The notes under the pieces are model-generated. The model was given only the letters and a program-made list of their open reading frames with translations, did not search any database and was not told the origin of the DNA. A program made the translations under genes and the position numbers. A DNA stretch of 64,000 bases from assembly GCA_030704615.1 (NCBI GenBank), contig CM060731.1, positions 9,548,001 to 9,612,000 of the forward strand, read 5' to 3'. Source of the stretch: Takakia lepidozioides. Lineage: Eukaryota; Plantae; Bryophyta. Shown here one piece after another: positions 50,420-63,042 of this stretch (its first letter is position 1; each line of letters begins with the position of its first letter).

Positions 50420-51576
50420 CCCCAACCTCCTTTATTACCATTTTCATGTATAGCTATCTCACTCCCGTTCTTATTTCCATGTTGTTTCCGCCACCCCAAG
50501 GCAGTCTGATGCTGGATAGCCCATCAGTTATTGAAACTTGCAGCGGGTGGTTCTTTCCTTAGGGGTCCTTGTCAACATTCTACAGATTGTCAAGGAGATA
50601 GATTGACTTGATATGATTGACAGTTCTTTTGTTGCTCTACTTGTTTTGGCCTCTATGTAGAGTGATTAGCAACGAATGGCTACGGAAGAGCCATTCTCGC
50701 GCTTTGAACGTTTGTAGGCTGGGAAGTACATTTCACAATCCATATGTGATGACATGTATGGCAGCAGTAGGCTTATGCATGCATTGATGATTTTAACCAT
50801 AATTACTGACTGGGGAGCACTTTTGATGTTGTTACAAGAGCCTGACTGGGAAGTCTCGTACAACTCGGTCATTGTTATGATCATCCTTTTGGTATTCATA
50901 AGTAAAAGGACCATGACAGCTGGATCCACGTTTGAAGATGATTTGGGGAGTGGAAGTGCCCCCCGATAGCCTGTCAAACACCTTTAGAAGCACTGGGCAA
51001 GAAGATAGATGTGTCCCTAGCATTAGTCAAAGGACATGTTGGAAGGGCTTGCTTCCCAAGCCATGTTTTGGTAATAGCACTCAAAAGGATCAAGGGAGAT
51101 TGCAACAAGATTGTCGGAAGGTTCCACATAACCATAAGACACAAGATAGATACAGATCAGACAAAGGGGGATAACCATAGAGCCAAATAGATATTTGTAC
51201 ACCTCTATCTCAATATTCTGTTTCCTGGGTACTTGATGGGTGGGATTCTATGTAATATGGTCATGGTACATGCCCAGTTCAATTTTGATGTGGGGGCCTG
51301 GTCGAGACTCGTGACCAGGTTAACCAGAGACGGTGGGGGAGTTCTATTACCAGACCCTGTCCTCGAGGCTTGGTTGTATATGCATCAGTGTCGGTCTGGT
51401 ATGGGATATGCTCAAACTAGTGAAGGTACTGGTATCACACTTCAACAATTTTGTGATGTCAGCTGGTGTGAGTACTTAAACTATACAAACGTATGGTATC
51501 ACATCTGGTATGAATAATCCAGTGATGTTTGTTCATGATCTTATACGACCTGGATCATGAGAGGAGAAGTTCATTA

Positions 51577-51867
51577 GGGTAGTAGACAGGCCTATGACCG
51601 TCCATCTACCGATGGTGAAAAATCTAACTATGAAATTTGATGTTTATTTCATGAAGTTTACACAAAGTTGTTCGGTTTCAAAGTTAACCAATGGCAATGC
51701 TTCTGTGAACCTTGAGCCCTATGACCAATCACAAATTTTGGGGTTTTATCGAATAACTGTTTGCCAAGTGGCAAATATAGGAGTCTTGGGGCCAGCAATG
51801 GTAGTTCATAGGCTAGTTATGGGGTGATCGGTCATAGGCACTATAACGGTCGTAGGCCTGTTTACCC
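51577..51867. mobile_element. MITE with ~22-bp imperfect TIRs (possibly PIF/Harbinger)
   Basis: GGGTAGTAGACAGGCCTATGACCGT / ACGGTCGTAGGCCTGTTTACCC. No TSD seen. Confidence 0.55.
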
Positions 51868-51941
51868 CACCAGCCAGTTCTTACTTCAGATTTGGTATTA
51901 GTTTCAAAATTCAAAACAGCTCAAAAAAATCATGACTACAA

Positions 51942-52296
51942 TAGAGTTATCCGTAAGCATGAGAACCCTGAGTTTGGCCTCGGTATGAAATTCGAAACTC
52001 GGGATCAATAGAAAAAAACACGGGACCAAACTGCCAGGGCAAGGAAAATGGGGGTGAAAGGAGTTTGGTGCCGAGTTTTGTTAGTCGTCGAGGTGGAGGC
52101 GGTCAGAGCTCACGAGCTCGCGCCATAGCAGCGGTTGCCCTCATCCCCAGTTTATGATTTGGTGCCCTCTTTTCTGACTTCATGCTCAGTTTTCTGCACT
52201 TTACGGATTAACTCAAACTCGGGATGAAACCCGTAACTCGGGTCCAAACAGGGTACCAAACTCAGGCTCACTTTACGGATAACTCGGATAACTCTA
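51942..52296. mobile_element. MITE with 12-bp TIR (hAT-like TAG termini)
   Basis: TAGAGTTATCCG (51942-51953) / CGGATAACTCTA (52285-52296), internal AACTCGG repeats. No matching TSD. Confidence 0.55.
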
Positions 52297-52745
52297 ATGC
52301 CCAGATGTTTAGGGGATGTAAAGTATACCACACATGCAAATACACTGTGCAAAGCTGAGTTGCAAGGAATTGAACAATCTCCTCATAATCAAACGAGCTC
52401 CTCATGAATTGTAAGGCTGCACTCAACGATGATACCACATGAATTGGGTCAGAGAGGAATTCCTCGCAAGACGTACAAAACTCACCAGAAATCTGTGGAC
52501 GTTACCCCAGATAGAAACCCAATATGTAGGAATGTCTGTCTGACCAGAAGTATGGATGAGTCTCAGAATTTGTGAACTGGGCTTGCGCACCACAAAACAC
52601 TGCAGGATTGCAAGATGGAGGCATGCATGAATCGGTAGCTGCAGGGATGTGTGCATCGGAGTTAGAGATTGACCTACCGGTTATGGCGTCTCGTGTGTGG
52701 ATGTCACTAAGCAGATCAGTGTAAGTCCAGTTTGAGGGGCAGGAA

Positions 52746-55700
52746 ATGGCTAGTGTCGTGAAGGGATTCACATTTCAGGGGTTGCTGCCATATGAACACT
52801 GCCAACCCCTATGCGGAGTGAATGTGCGATGTGGGACGGCATGGCAGGGAAGAAGTGGGGAGCCACAGAAAGGGGTAGTGACAAGGCACAGACAGTCTCT
52901 GCATTTGGAACCTGAGAAGGTTCTGCAGTTTGAGAGGCAAGGGCTTCCTTTTGTGAGGGGCCAATTGGAATTGGAGCAGCTTTTGATGTTCGAGAGGCAA
53001 GGGCATACTTGTGTGAGGGGCCTTTTCGATGTCGAGGAAGTGAAGAGCTTGGCGGTGTCTCTGAGCGAAGCTGCCGATAGCGAGAAGCTTACTGCATATA
53101 GGCAGCGTCTTTCAGTTTTGTGCCCTGGCATTGATCCCTATTCGGTAAACACAATAAAGGAAGCGGAGAGAATCATCAGGCAGAAGGTCTTGTTCTGTCT
53201 CTGTCTGCTTTTCCCGTATTTACCTCAATGTCTCTTCGTGAAACCCAGTATTTGTCTACGGGCTTGTATATTTAAGGCAGGTGCGAACGTCAAACTGCAG
53301 TGCGTTTTGTTGCAGTGGGAAGATCCCGATGGTGGAGTGACGGGGGTGGTGGCAGGGCACAGACGACCTGGGGTTTTTGCAGACATTCAATCTGCACCAG
53401 CGCAGCCAAGTCCTTAGGCGCTGGGCAAGCCACCCTCGCTTGTGTGGCATGGTGGCAACATTGCTGGGCACGAAGCGAGTAAGCTCTTTCAGAAATCAAC
53501 CTGAAATTTTGTTTTATGTTGTGATAATCCGAGATATGCAACCTTGAAATGAGATTCTGGAGAAGTTCTTGGTGTAGAAATAGCACCGACTGCACACGGG
53601 ATCCTATATGGCTCTGATGGAGGATCCTGCAAATAGCCCATCGGTTAGGACACACTGGGGACCACTAATGACGTCTTCCAAGCTTCGAAACCATAGGCAG
53701 CAAACAGCTGGAAGCTGCAAAAGCAACTGGATATAGTTACTGTTTGTGTTTGCATGGGAAGGCTTTCATTTCTGTCTGTAGCAGGAGCAGGAGCAACCTG
53801 CAAATCATGACGACATGGTAAAACTTTGAAGCCCTTCTAGGTGTACAGGCACCATGTTTAAACGGGGCATTCTAAAACTCAAGCTCCCTTCCCTTCTTCT
53901 TGCTCGTTAGAGAGAGACAGACAGGAAGAGAGCAGCCTGGGCTACACTTATTAAGGCAGCCACAACGTGCAGAAAAGTGTGTGTGCAATGGGATGATGGT
54001 TTGGGGAGAGTGATGATGGTGGGTGTACTTGCTGGGTACAACGTGCATGGTGGCAGATACGGCTGTATCAAGACTGCCTGTTCTTGAAGTTTCCTGGGTT
54101 TGGCGTTACCAATTGGCATTCGGACCTCAACATGGTTCCTTTGGACACCAATTCTTTCCTGACGGTCTGGATACCTCTGCGCTCTCTACAGAGCAATGAT
54201 TCCAATCTTCATTTTGCATCAGGTTTGTTTCCTGTTCGACCCACTCATATATGCCTTTCCCTCCTCAAAACTGTGTTCCCAAAAAGACTTTTCAGGAAAA
54301 GAGGTGTAAAGGTTGTCCTTGCAGGGTTGGGGAACATGTACGGAATTTCTGCAACAATTTTTGGAATACTAGATCACGATGCAGTCTCTAGCTGAAGACG
54401 GTTTTTATTTGTAGAAAACAATCGTGGTAGTGCGCAGAACTGTGGAACTTGTAGGGTCAAATAAGAGTTGATGTTTCCACCTTGGAAGTCAATACGAGGC
54501 AGTTGGAGTCATGGTTAAATAAAAGCAATGAGAGTGGAGAAATGAAAAATACAAAGAGATGGAGGGAGTGTACGAAGGTGATCATGTATTGGACTCTAAG
54601 TCCTGTAGGTGTTTCTGGACTGCAGGCTCTCACCGGGACTTTGCACTCGCATATTGGCAGTCCAACCAAGGAATGGCCGATCTACAGGGCAGGGGATATC
54701 CTATTGAATCCTACTCTAATCTGGCTCTGGGCGATGTGTGAGTTCATTGCAACCTCTGTCCTCTTTGTTTCTTGGGCTTTTCAAGTATTTTCTTGTCAAC
54801 CTTTGTATCATTGACCCCTTGCAAGATACCTGATGCACTTTGGTCTCTAGCATGTATCCTGGCCATAGAACGTCAGGTGACTGGGGTTCGGCCATTAAGA
54901 TGGTCTCATATTTGAATGGTACCCCATGGAGTGGCCAATGCGACCAACGCTCTACAGGATTCAACCCCTAGTTCCTTTCACCTGCCTGTGTAAGTAATTT
55001 TCCAAGGTGTTTTGGTGTCCAGAATGTTTTGGAGACATCAGTGAAGCTCTGATGTTGGGTGCTCCACTGTGGTCAATCCAATTGCAAGACAAGCTGTTGA
55101 TAGAGCAAGATTGGTGGGCAGGAAGGTAGGAAGGGATCCATCCCTGGAGTTAGTTGTAGGACTCCTGCTATTTGCCAGGAATCCAGGATTTTGCAGGCCG
55201 ACTTTGTGCTGGTTAGGGGGGAATTTGAGCCCCTGTTGTGAGGCCGTGGTCTAAACTTGCCATTGCACAATCCATAGCCCCACAATTCAGCCTGGGGATG
55301 GGCCTTAGCTGCACGTTTCAAACTGTGTATTTTAGAACCAAGAATGCTTCTAAGTCTCTAGTTAGACTCTATTTTAAGTCTAAAGTTTAAGTCTAGTTTA
55401 AGTCTTCTAAGTCTCTAGTTTGTCCTAAAGTGTTTATGTCAGCAGCTAAGGTTTTTGTCGGAACACAGGACTGTTCACCATGGGTGGACATTGCATTGGG
55501 CACCAGAACAACCTTCCAACCAGCCTCCTCGAGTTGCGTGGACTGTGAGCTATTTTGCTGATGGTGCTTGTATGCTCCACACCAAGCATGCCAGGTCTGT
55601 ACGGGTTATCTCTCTGTATTATTTCTTGTCTGCTGTTTGGACTCTTCTCTCAGATGTCCAGTCAATTGACCAGGTTTGATTTCCATCTCCCCCGCCCCCT

Positions 55701-58700
55701 CCCTCTCTCTCTCTCTCTCTCACAGTGAAATAAACTCAAACCACCATGGTGGTAATGACAGTAGATTCTGGTTGGCCCTTCAACGTCTGTACAAGCTGAA
55801 AACCCACTACAGTATCCTTGGCAGAAATTCTAGGTCTAACAGTGAGGGGTCTTCTGAAGAATGGAAGGACACAGTTGAAAAAACTGTTCCTATGATTTGA
55901 GCCAGCCCTGATGAACTGAAGTATATTTCAAAGGGTTACAACGCTCCCATAGTTCTTCTGAGATTGTGGAAGCAATTGAGCATTTAAACAGATATAAAGC
56001 TGGTGGACCTGATGGCATAGTCAACGAGCTTATCAAGCATGGTGGCGATCCCATGATAGAGGCCCTTGTACTCCTCTTTAACCTTACCTGGAGGACTGAA
56101 ATGATCCCCTTTCGTTGGCGACAGGGGGTCGTTGTCAATCTATACAAGAAAGGTGACAGAGAAGAACCGGGGAATTATCGAGGCATTACGCTTCTCAATG
56201 CAGTTGGCAAGATATTTTGCAGAGCTTTAAGTACTCGTCTCGAGGTTGATCTGGAGTCTAGAGGGTGTTTCCATGAAGGCAAAGCTGGCTTTCGGAGAAA
56301 CAGGGGCTGTTTGGATCATATCTTCACTCTAAGCCAGATTATCCAGGGAAGGGAAAAAGAAGGGAAACCCACTTTTGTATTTTTCTTGGATGTCAAAATG
56401 GCTTATGACACAATGTGGAGGGATGGTCTATGGCTCCGACTCTGGTCATCTGGGATCGAGGGAAGATTTGGAGAGTGGTCCATAACTTGTATGCTCACAC
56501 CAAAAGCTGTGTCACGGTTAATGGATGACTTCGCAGGCATAGGGGAGAATCCATCCAATCTTTAGGAGTTGATTGATTGCGCAAAGAGATACTTTGACCT
56601 TTGGGGACTAGAGGCTAACGTCAGTAAATGCGCAGTGGTGGCATTCAATGACCGAGGGGAGGGAGGAGGTGATCTCAAGTGGCAGTGGGGAAGCCAAGAG
56701 ATTCTGGTCCTCCCTTCCTGCACATACCTTGGCGTTAAGTTCTCCTCCAACTGTAATTGGGATGGACATATTCAGAAAGTTGTTCAATCTGGCAAGCACA
56801 AATCGTTGGGTCTCACTAAATATTTTCACTGCGGAGAAAAATAAAGCCCTGGCTTTGCCGGGTTATTAGGGTTATTAGGCCTGCCTTGAAGTACGCATCT
56901 GCAGTATGGGTTGATAACTCCAACTCCAACCAGGCTAAGTCTCTAGGATCCATTCAAGTGGGGGTGCTTAAGGAGTGCATGTCAGCATGCTTCAAAACAG
57001 CCAATGTGGCTGTTCGGGGTGAGTTTGGCATCCCTCCCTTAAGCTCCCAACGAGATGAATTCAAGGTCAGATGGTGGGGCCAGCTGCAACGTATGACTAA
57101 TATCAGATTTCCTAATTTAATTGATTCTATATCTTGGAAGCAGGATCGCCTCATCCTGGTGGAAGAGAGTAGAAGAGATTCTCAAGGATCTGAATCTAAG
57201 TCTGCAAGCCTTGACCCTGCTGGATAAATCTGACTTAGAGGCTGTAGTGTCCACAGCCATGTGTGTTCCCAGGAAATTGTCTGATAAAAATGAAGTTAGG
57301 CAGAAAACTTGCCTGAACTTGTTTCCATACTGTGACATGGGGGAGGCCATCGTGGATGACCTCAAGGGTTTACCCACTCTCGGCACTAGACTGAAATTTA
57401 AACTCAGGGCGGGAAGCTACCTTTGAACACAAACAGAAGCAGAGAGGAAAGGGGGATTGCGAATGCCCGTTGTGTGGGCAACCTGAAGACACTATTGATT
57501 TTCTGATTCATTGTGCTGGGTACTCTCACTAGAGAGATGCCCTCTTCAAATCTATCAAGGGATTTGTGCCTGTACCAACTTCAAAAATCTTGAGGCTGAG
57601 CCAAATGCCCAGGCCCTTTGGGGCCTAGTTATTGGGCAAATCACACATAGCAGATTGATGCTTGTGTAAAGGGATTTCTAGAGGATGTCTGGAAAACTTG
57701 GATTAATTGTCTGTTCCAAGGTAACCGCTCAAACTGGGCGCGGGGTCGATGGCCACAAGGCTACGGCAAACAACGTCTTATGAGTACAATCTGTTCCAAG
57801 GTAAGTCATACTACCGGCGTCACCCCCTGACAAAGGTAGTTCTGTCCCTTTGTGTCCGCTTAAACTGGGCGTGGGGTCAATGGCCCTAAGGCTGCGGCAA
57901 GCAACGTCTTATTAGTACTTTCTCTCTGAGTTAACACAAGAAATGAAGTCGAAAGAGCAGTGGACTCTTGGGAGAGTTTCGTTTCCTCCGTGGCTGACAA
58001 GATCATTGGGAGGAAACTAATTGTCTGCGGTAGAGCAGTTAATTGGTGGACTAATGAGATTAAACTCAAGATAGCTGAGAGACGAGCCCTCTATAAAGAG
58101 TGCTGCAATTTGGAAACCAACAGAGAATTGTGGGCGAGGTACTACCAGCTCCGTAAAGATATCAATCAGCTTGTTAGGTCTCAGAAGAAATTATACTGGG
58201 ACAAGTTATACAGTGAAATAAACTCAAACCACCATGGTGGTAATGACAAGAAATTCTGGTTGGCCCTTCAACGTTTGTACAAACCGAAAAACGGTCAGCA
58301 AGTACAAGCGCTGAAGACTACTAAAGGTGCAGTGGTGACTTCATCGGTTGACATTGTCAAAACCTTTGAAACTCACTACAGTATCCTTGGCAGAACTTCT
58401 AGGTCTAACAGTGAGGGGTCTTCTGCTGAATGGAGGGACACAGTTGGAAAAACTGTTCCTATGATTCAAAACAGCCCTGATGAACTGGAGTATATTTCAA
58501 TGGCTTATAATGCTCCCATTAGTTCTTCTGAGATTGTGGAAGCAATTGAACATTTAAATGGATATAAAGCTGGTGGACCTGATGGTATTGTCAACGAGCT
58601 TATCAAGCACGGTGGCGATCCCATGATAGAGGCCCTAGTTCTCCTCTTTAACCTTATCTGGAAGACTGAAATGATCCCCTTTCGCTGGCGACAGGGGGTC

Positions 58701-60634
58701 ATTGTCAATCTATACAAGATGGGTGACAGAGAAGAACCGGGGAACTACCGTGGCATCACGCTCCTCAATGCTGTTGGCAAGACATTCTGCAGAGTTATAA
58801 GTACTCGTCTCGAGGTTGATCTGGAGTCTAGAGGTTGTTTCCACGAAGGCCAAGCTGGCTTTCGGCAAAACAGGGGCTGTGTGGATCATATCTTCACTCT
58901 AAGCCAGATTATCCAGGGAAGGAAAAAAGAAGGGAAACCCACTTATGTCTTTTTCCTGGATGTCAAAAAGGCTTATGACAGTGTGGAGAGATGGCCTATG
59001 GTTCCGCCTCTGGTCTTGTGGGATCAAGGGAAAGATGTGGAGAGTTGTCCACAACTTGTATGCTCACACCAAAAGCTGTGTCATTGTTAACGGACAGAAG
59101 TCCAACTGGTGGGTGATACCACCATACCAGCCCTTATGTTTGCGGATGACTTCGCAGGCATAGGGGAGACTCCAACCAATCTCCAGGAGTTGATTGATTG
59201 CGCGAAGAGATACTTTGATCTTTGGGGGCTAGAGGCTAATGTCAGCAAATGTGCAGTGGTAGCATTCAACGACAGAGGAGAGGGAGGAAGTGATCTTAAG
59301 TGGCAGTGGGGTAGCCAAGAGATCCCGGTCCTCCCTTCCTACACTTACCTGGGCGTTGAGTTCTCCTCCAATTGTAATTGGGATGCACATATCCGGAAAG
59401 TTGTTCAAACTGGCAAGGGCAAAGCTCTGGGGCTCACTAAATTTTTCCACTGCAGAGGGGTCAACTCTGAGGTTAAGAAAACCATGCTTTGTCGCGTTAT
59501 TAGACCTGCCTTGGAGTACGGATCTGCTATATGGGTTGATAACTCCAACCAGGCTAAGTCTCTAGAATCCATTCAAGTGGGGGTGCTTAAGGAGTGTATG
59601 TCAGCATGCTCCAAAACAGCCAATGTGGCTGTTCGGGGTGAGTTTGGCATTCCGTCCTTAAGCTCCCGACGAGATGAATTCAAGGTCAGATGGTGGGGTC
59701 AGCTGCAACATATGCCCAACACCAGATATCCTAAGTTAATCGACTCTATATCTTGGAAACAGGACCACCCTGTCAAACAGGCTAAGTCCTGGCAGAAGAG
59801 AGTAGAAGAGATCCTCAAGGACCTGGACCTGGATCCGCAAGTCTTGACCCTGCTGGATAAATCTGACTTAGAGGCTGTAGTGTCCTCAGCCATGTCTGTT
59901 GCCATGAGATTGTCTGATGAAAATGAAGTTAGGCAGAAAACTTCCCTGAACTTGTTTCCAGTCTGTGACATGGGGGAGGACATCTTGGATGACCTCAAGG
60001 GTACCCACTCTGGGCACTAGACTGAAATTTAAACTCAGGGCAGGAAGCCTACCTTTGAACAGCAAACAGAAGCAGAGAGGAAAGGGAGAGTGCAATTGCC
60101 CGTTGTGTGGGCAATCTGAAGACAGTATTCATTTTCTGATACACTGTCCGGGGTTCTCTCACCAAAGAGACGCTGTCTTCAAATCTATTAAGGGAATTGT
60201 GCCTGTACCCCTGTTTACCAACTTTGAAAGTCTCGAGGCTGAGCCAAAAGCCCAGGCCCTCCTGAGGCCTAGTTGAGGTAAGTCTTACTATAAACGTCAG
60301 CCCCTGACAGAGGTAGGTTCTGTCCCTTTTGTTCCCGCTCAAACTGGGCGCGGGGTCAATGGCCACAAGGCTACGGCAAACAACGTCTTATGAGTACAAT
60401 CTCTCTGAGTTCCGTCCAAACTGGGCGTGGGGTCTATGGCCGCAAGGACTACAGCAGATGTCTTATGAGTACGTTCTCTTTTTGACACATACATACAGGA
60501 GAAAGATTCAGGACGAAGATGCTTGGAGCTTTCAAAGATGGCGGAAGGATCTCAAAGAAGGGCAGCCAGCTCATCACCCATTGTTACCCCTAGTGTACCC
60601 TTCCCAGGAAAGTTCCCAATCAAGGAGAAGATAA
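52746..60634 (+). CDS. Phytanoyl-CoA dioxygenase (PhyH)-family 2OG-Fe(II) oxygenase; exons 52746-53186, 53356-53478, 54057-54222, 54626-54737, 55469-55594, 60499-60634
   Basis: FERQGH..VRGLF, FLQTFNL, RLYQDCLFLKFPG, TNWHSD (HxD), TVWIPL, FASGSHRD, GDVTVHHGWTLHWA (distal H), HPLLPLV. Splice phases are consistent across a 4.9-kb last intron. Confidence 0.88.
55721..57920 (+). mobile_element. RTE/RTEX-like LINE copy 1 (5'-truncated, degenerate) in PhyH intron 5
   Basis: KAGGPDGI, NYRGITLL, AGFRRNRG, FLDVKMAYD, YLGV and a C-terminal CxxC. Preceded by (CT)n. Confidence 0.9.
57933..60399 (+). mobile_element. RTE/RTEX-like LINE copy 2, inserted at the tail of copy 1
   Basis: RT motifs QAGFRQNRG, FLDVKKAYD, FADD, YTYLGV; C-terminal CPLC...HFLIHC. 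12-bp TSD TCTCTCTGAGTT (57921-57932 and 60400-60411). Confidence 0.92.
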
Positions 60635-61227
60635 CGATCCATTTTGTGACAGACTCCCTCTCCCAGGAGAATTCTAAATGATAGACGTGCATGTTATACT
60701 GCCAATATCAAAATGTTAGTACCATGAAAGTGTACGGTAGCTGAGTCTACAGACTTTGGTCTTTATAACTGAACTGGAAGTACTTACTGTGTTCCAACCA
60801 GATTTAAATGCTGATAAATCATGTTGGAAGTCGTACATTTGGCAATATATTTTGTCAGTCAGGGGAGTGGATTATGTCCACAAGCTGTGATTTTCTGTCC
60901 AAGCTTGCCAGTAAGCACTCTCATAGTTTGCAGTACATAATGAATGCCTTTCGGTTCGTCCACCACATGTCTGGAGAGAAAGAGCAGATCCCACATGTTT
61001 GGTTGCATAGGGGCAAGCAAGTCAAATGTGGTGATATTAAAGGTTGTAGGTGACTCTTGGATAGTTTCCTGTCAGGTTCAACAAGATATTTCCCAATGGA
61101 GTATCCAAGAGCTTCAGCTGCACGGTGCTCAATCAGTCCTGCCCATTGGCAAAACCTGGTTTGGCTGTTTTCAACTTTCGTTTCATGGAGTTGTGATCCA
61201 GACTCGTGTCTCTTTGGTCGGAAAGGG

Positions 61228-63042
61228 TTATGCCCAAGGTTGAGGCCTTGAGCGTAGGTGGATGGTGTCAGCCCCATGGAAATTGCCAACTTGGGTTTTC
61301 CCCCCAATTCGATGGTTACCCAAGAGTTGCAGCTTGACCATCTTTTGAACTTCAGAAGGAGAATGCAACCTCTGCACCTTGCTGTGCTCAATTTGACTCG
61401 CAAGTGTGGGATGGTTGTTGAAGGGTACATGATTTTTGTTGTCAAGCTGACCCAGGTTGCAGAGCTGAGTTCGAGTATGGTCTTGCAACTTCCTGGGCTC
61501 CCCTTTCTGACTATGGCTCCACGACCTTCTGAGCTTTGTTTGTGGATTGAGTTCCTCCAGCTTATGAATAGCAGGATGGTTGTGAGAGCTGGAAGGTGCT
61601 TGCTCGCCTGCGTGGTTTGTGATGAGGGAGGTATCCAAAAGGGTTTTCAACTCCGCTTGGTGTGCCCGCTGAGGCCTCTTTAGAGCACCCACAGTATCCA
61701 TCTCAAGCTTTGAGTTGATGCTTTTCACTTTGGTGCCAATGAGGGGAATGGTATGCGGAGATGCTCTGCGGTTTGTGCGACATCCATATGGAATCTTGTC
61801 TTTTCTTGAGGTGTTGTCCAGAAGAGCTCTTGTGAGCTGACAGTCTGGGATGGTGCTTTTCAGATTGTGTTCCTTGTTTTTGCGCAGTTCTTCATCGAAG
61901 TAATCACTGAACACCACAAACTGGTTTGCCTGCAAACAGAGTCATGATGCCATCCCACACTGCTTCCAAGCTAAATCTCATACAAGTAGAAACAACAGGG
62001 GTGTATTGGCACTGCAGATGTTGCGTAAAACTAGTTTGATGTCAGTGTATGGACCGTCCTCCCCACCGTCATTGTCTCCATTAGTTAGTACAGTCATCCC
62101 TCACACTGAGATTTAAGATACCATTAAATTTCCAGTTATCTGTGAGTTGGAAGGCAAGAAATTAGAACCTGTTTCACAAACTTGTGTAATTTGTAATGCT
62201 TAGCCAAGAAAGAGAGGAGCTTGTTGGATGGCCTGTCATAGCTGCACACATGATACAACCTTGATTAACACTAGTTGGTTGCCTCGTTCGTTTTCCTGAT
62301 AGTTGCTCAGGCGTGATCCGAAGATGCGCAGTTTACATGACTTCCTAAATCACCTACAGGACAAACTTCTCCCAGGTGTCCTGCTGATTTCTTCCAGTGC
62401 AGTGATCCTCTTTGTAGCACAATAGAAAAGACACTCTCTTGAGTGCGAGTAAACTAGTAAGTGAGAACTTGATGGCAGAAAGGTACCCAAGTTGGCATGC
62501 ACGTTTCTTCTGATGCTTCAGCATGGCTTCAAAAAGCTGGTGCCCAAGCGCCACTCTGCCCATTTGCAAGCACCACACTCGAGTGAGGGCCCTGCATGCT
62601 GTGGAGATAGAGCAATTCCAGATTTAGCGTTTTACAATGTATGCAAATAGTTCTGTACACAGGATAGTCCGAATCGTATCACTTGGCGATTCTTACACAT
62701 GCAACGAAATGCACACACGAACCAGGAACATGGGGATTGATTACCTCCGACATAAGTCGTGCACATAGAAGTCCAGTACACACAAAGGAGAAATCTCCAC
62801 CAGGTGACCGGTTTCTTGCCGGATTAAAAGATGTTTTTGGCCGACTTTCAGAAGTCCCTTTGCGAGAATGAAATCAGGCTTTCTTCTGATTTCACACGTA
62901 GACAGATAAATGGTATGAGGACCAACTAGGATCCGGTCGAAGTTTGTAATTGGAGAGCGCAAGCGCTGTGACAAAGCCGACATCTCTCCCAGTTTGTCTA
63001 TAATGAGTCGTAGCTCCTCCGCCTCTCTCTCGTTCAACGATG
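61228..63042 (-). CDS. ATAT1: Alpha-tubulin N-acetyltransferase (ATAT1/MEC-17); exons 63042-62745, 62555-62487, 62241-62169, 61929-61228; 5' exon(s) unresolved
   Basis: IIDKLGEMSALSQRLRSPIT, GLLKVGQKHL, PLCVLDFYVH, LGHQLFEAML, GYDRPSNKLLSFLAKHY, QANQFVVFSDYF. Confidence 0.88.

Noticed and set aside
55348-55430. Degenerate TAAGTCT tandem repeat in PhyH intron 4
   Set aside because: Ordinary slippage repeat with no further structure.
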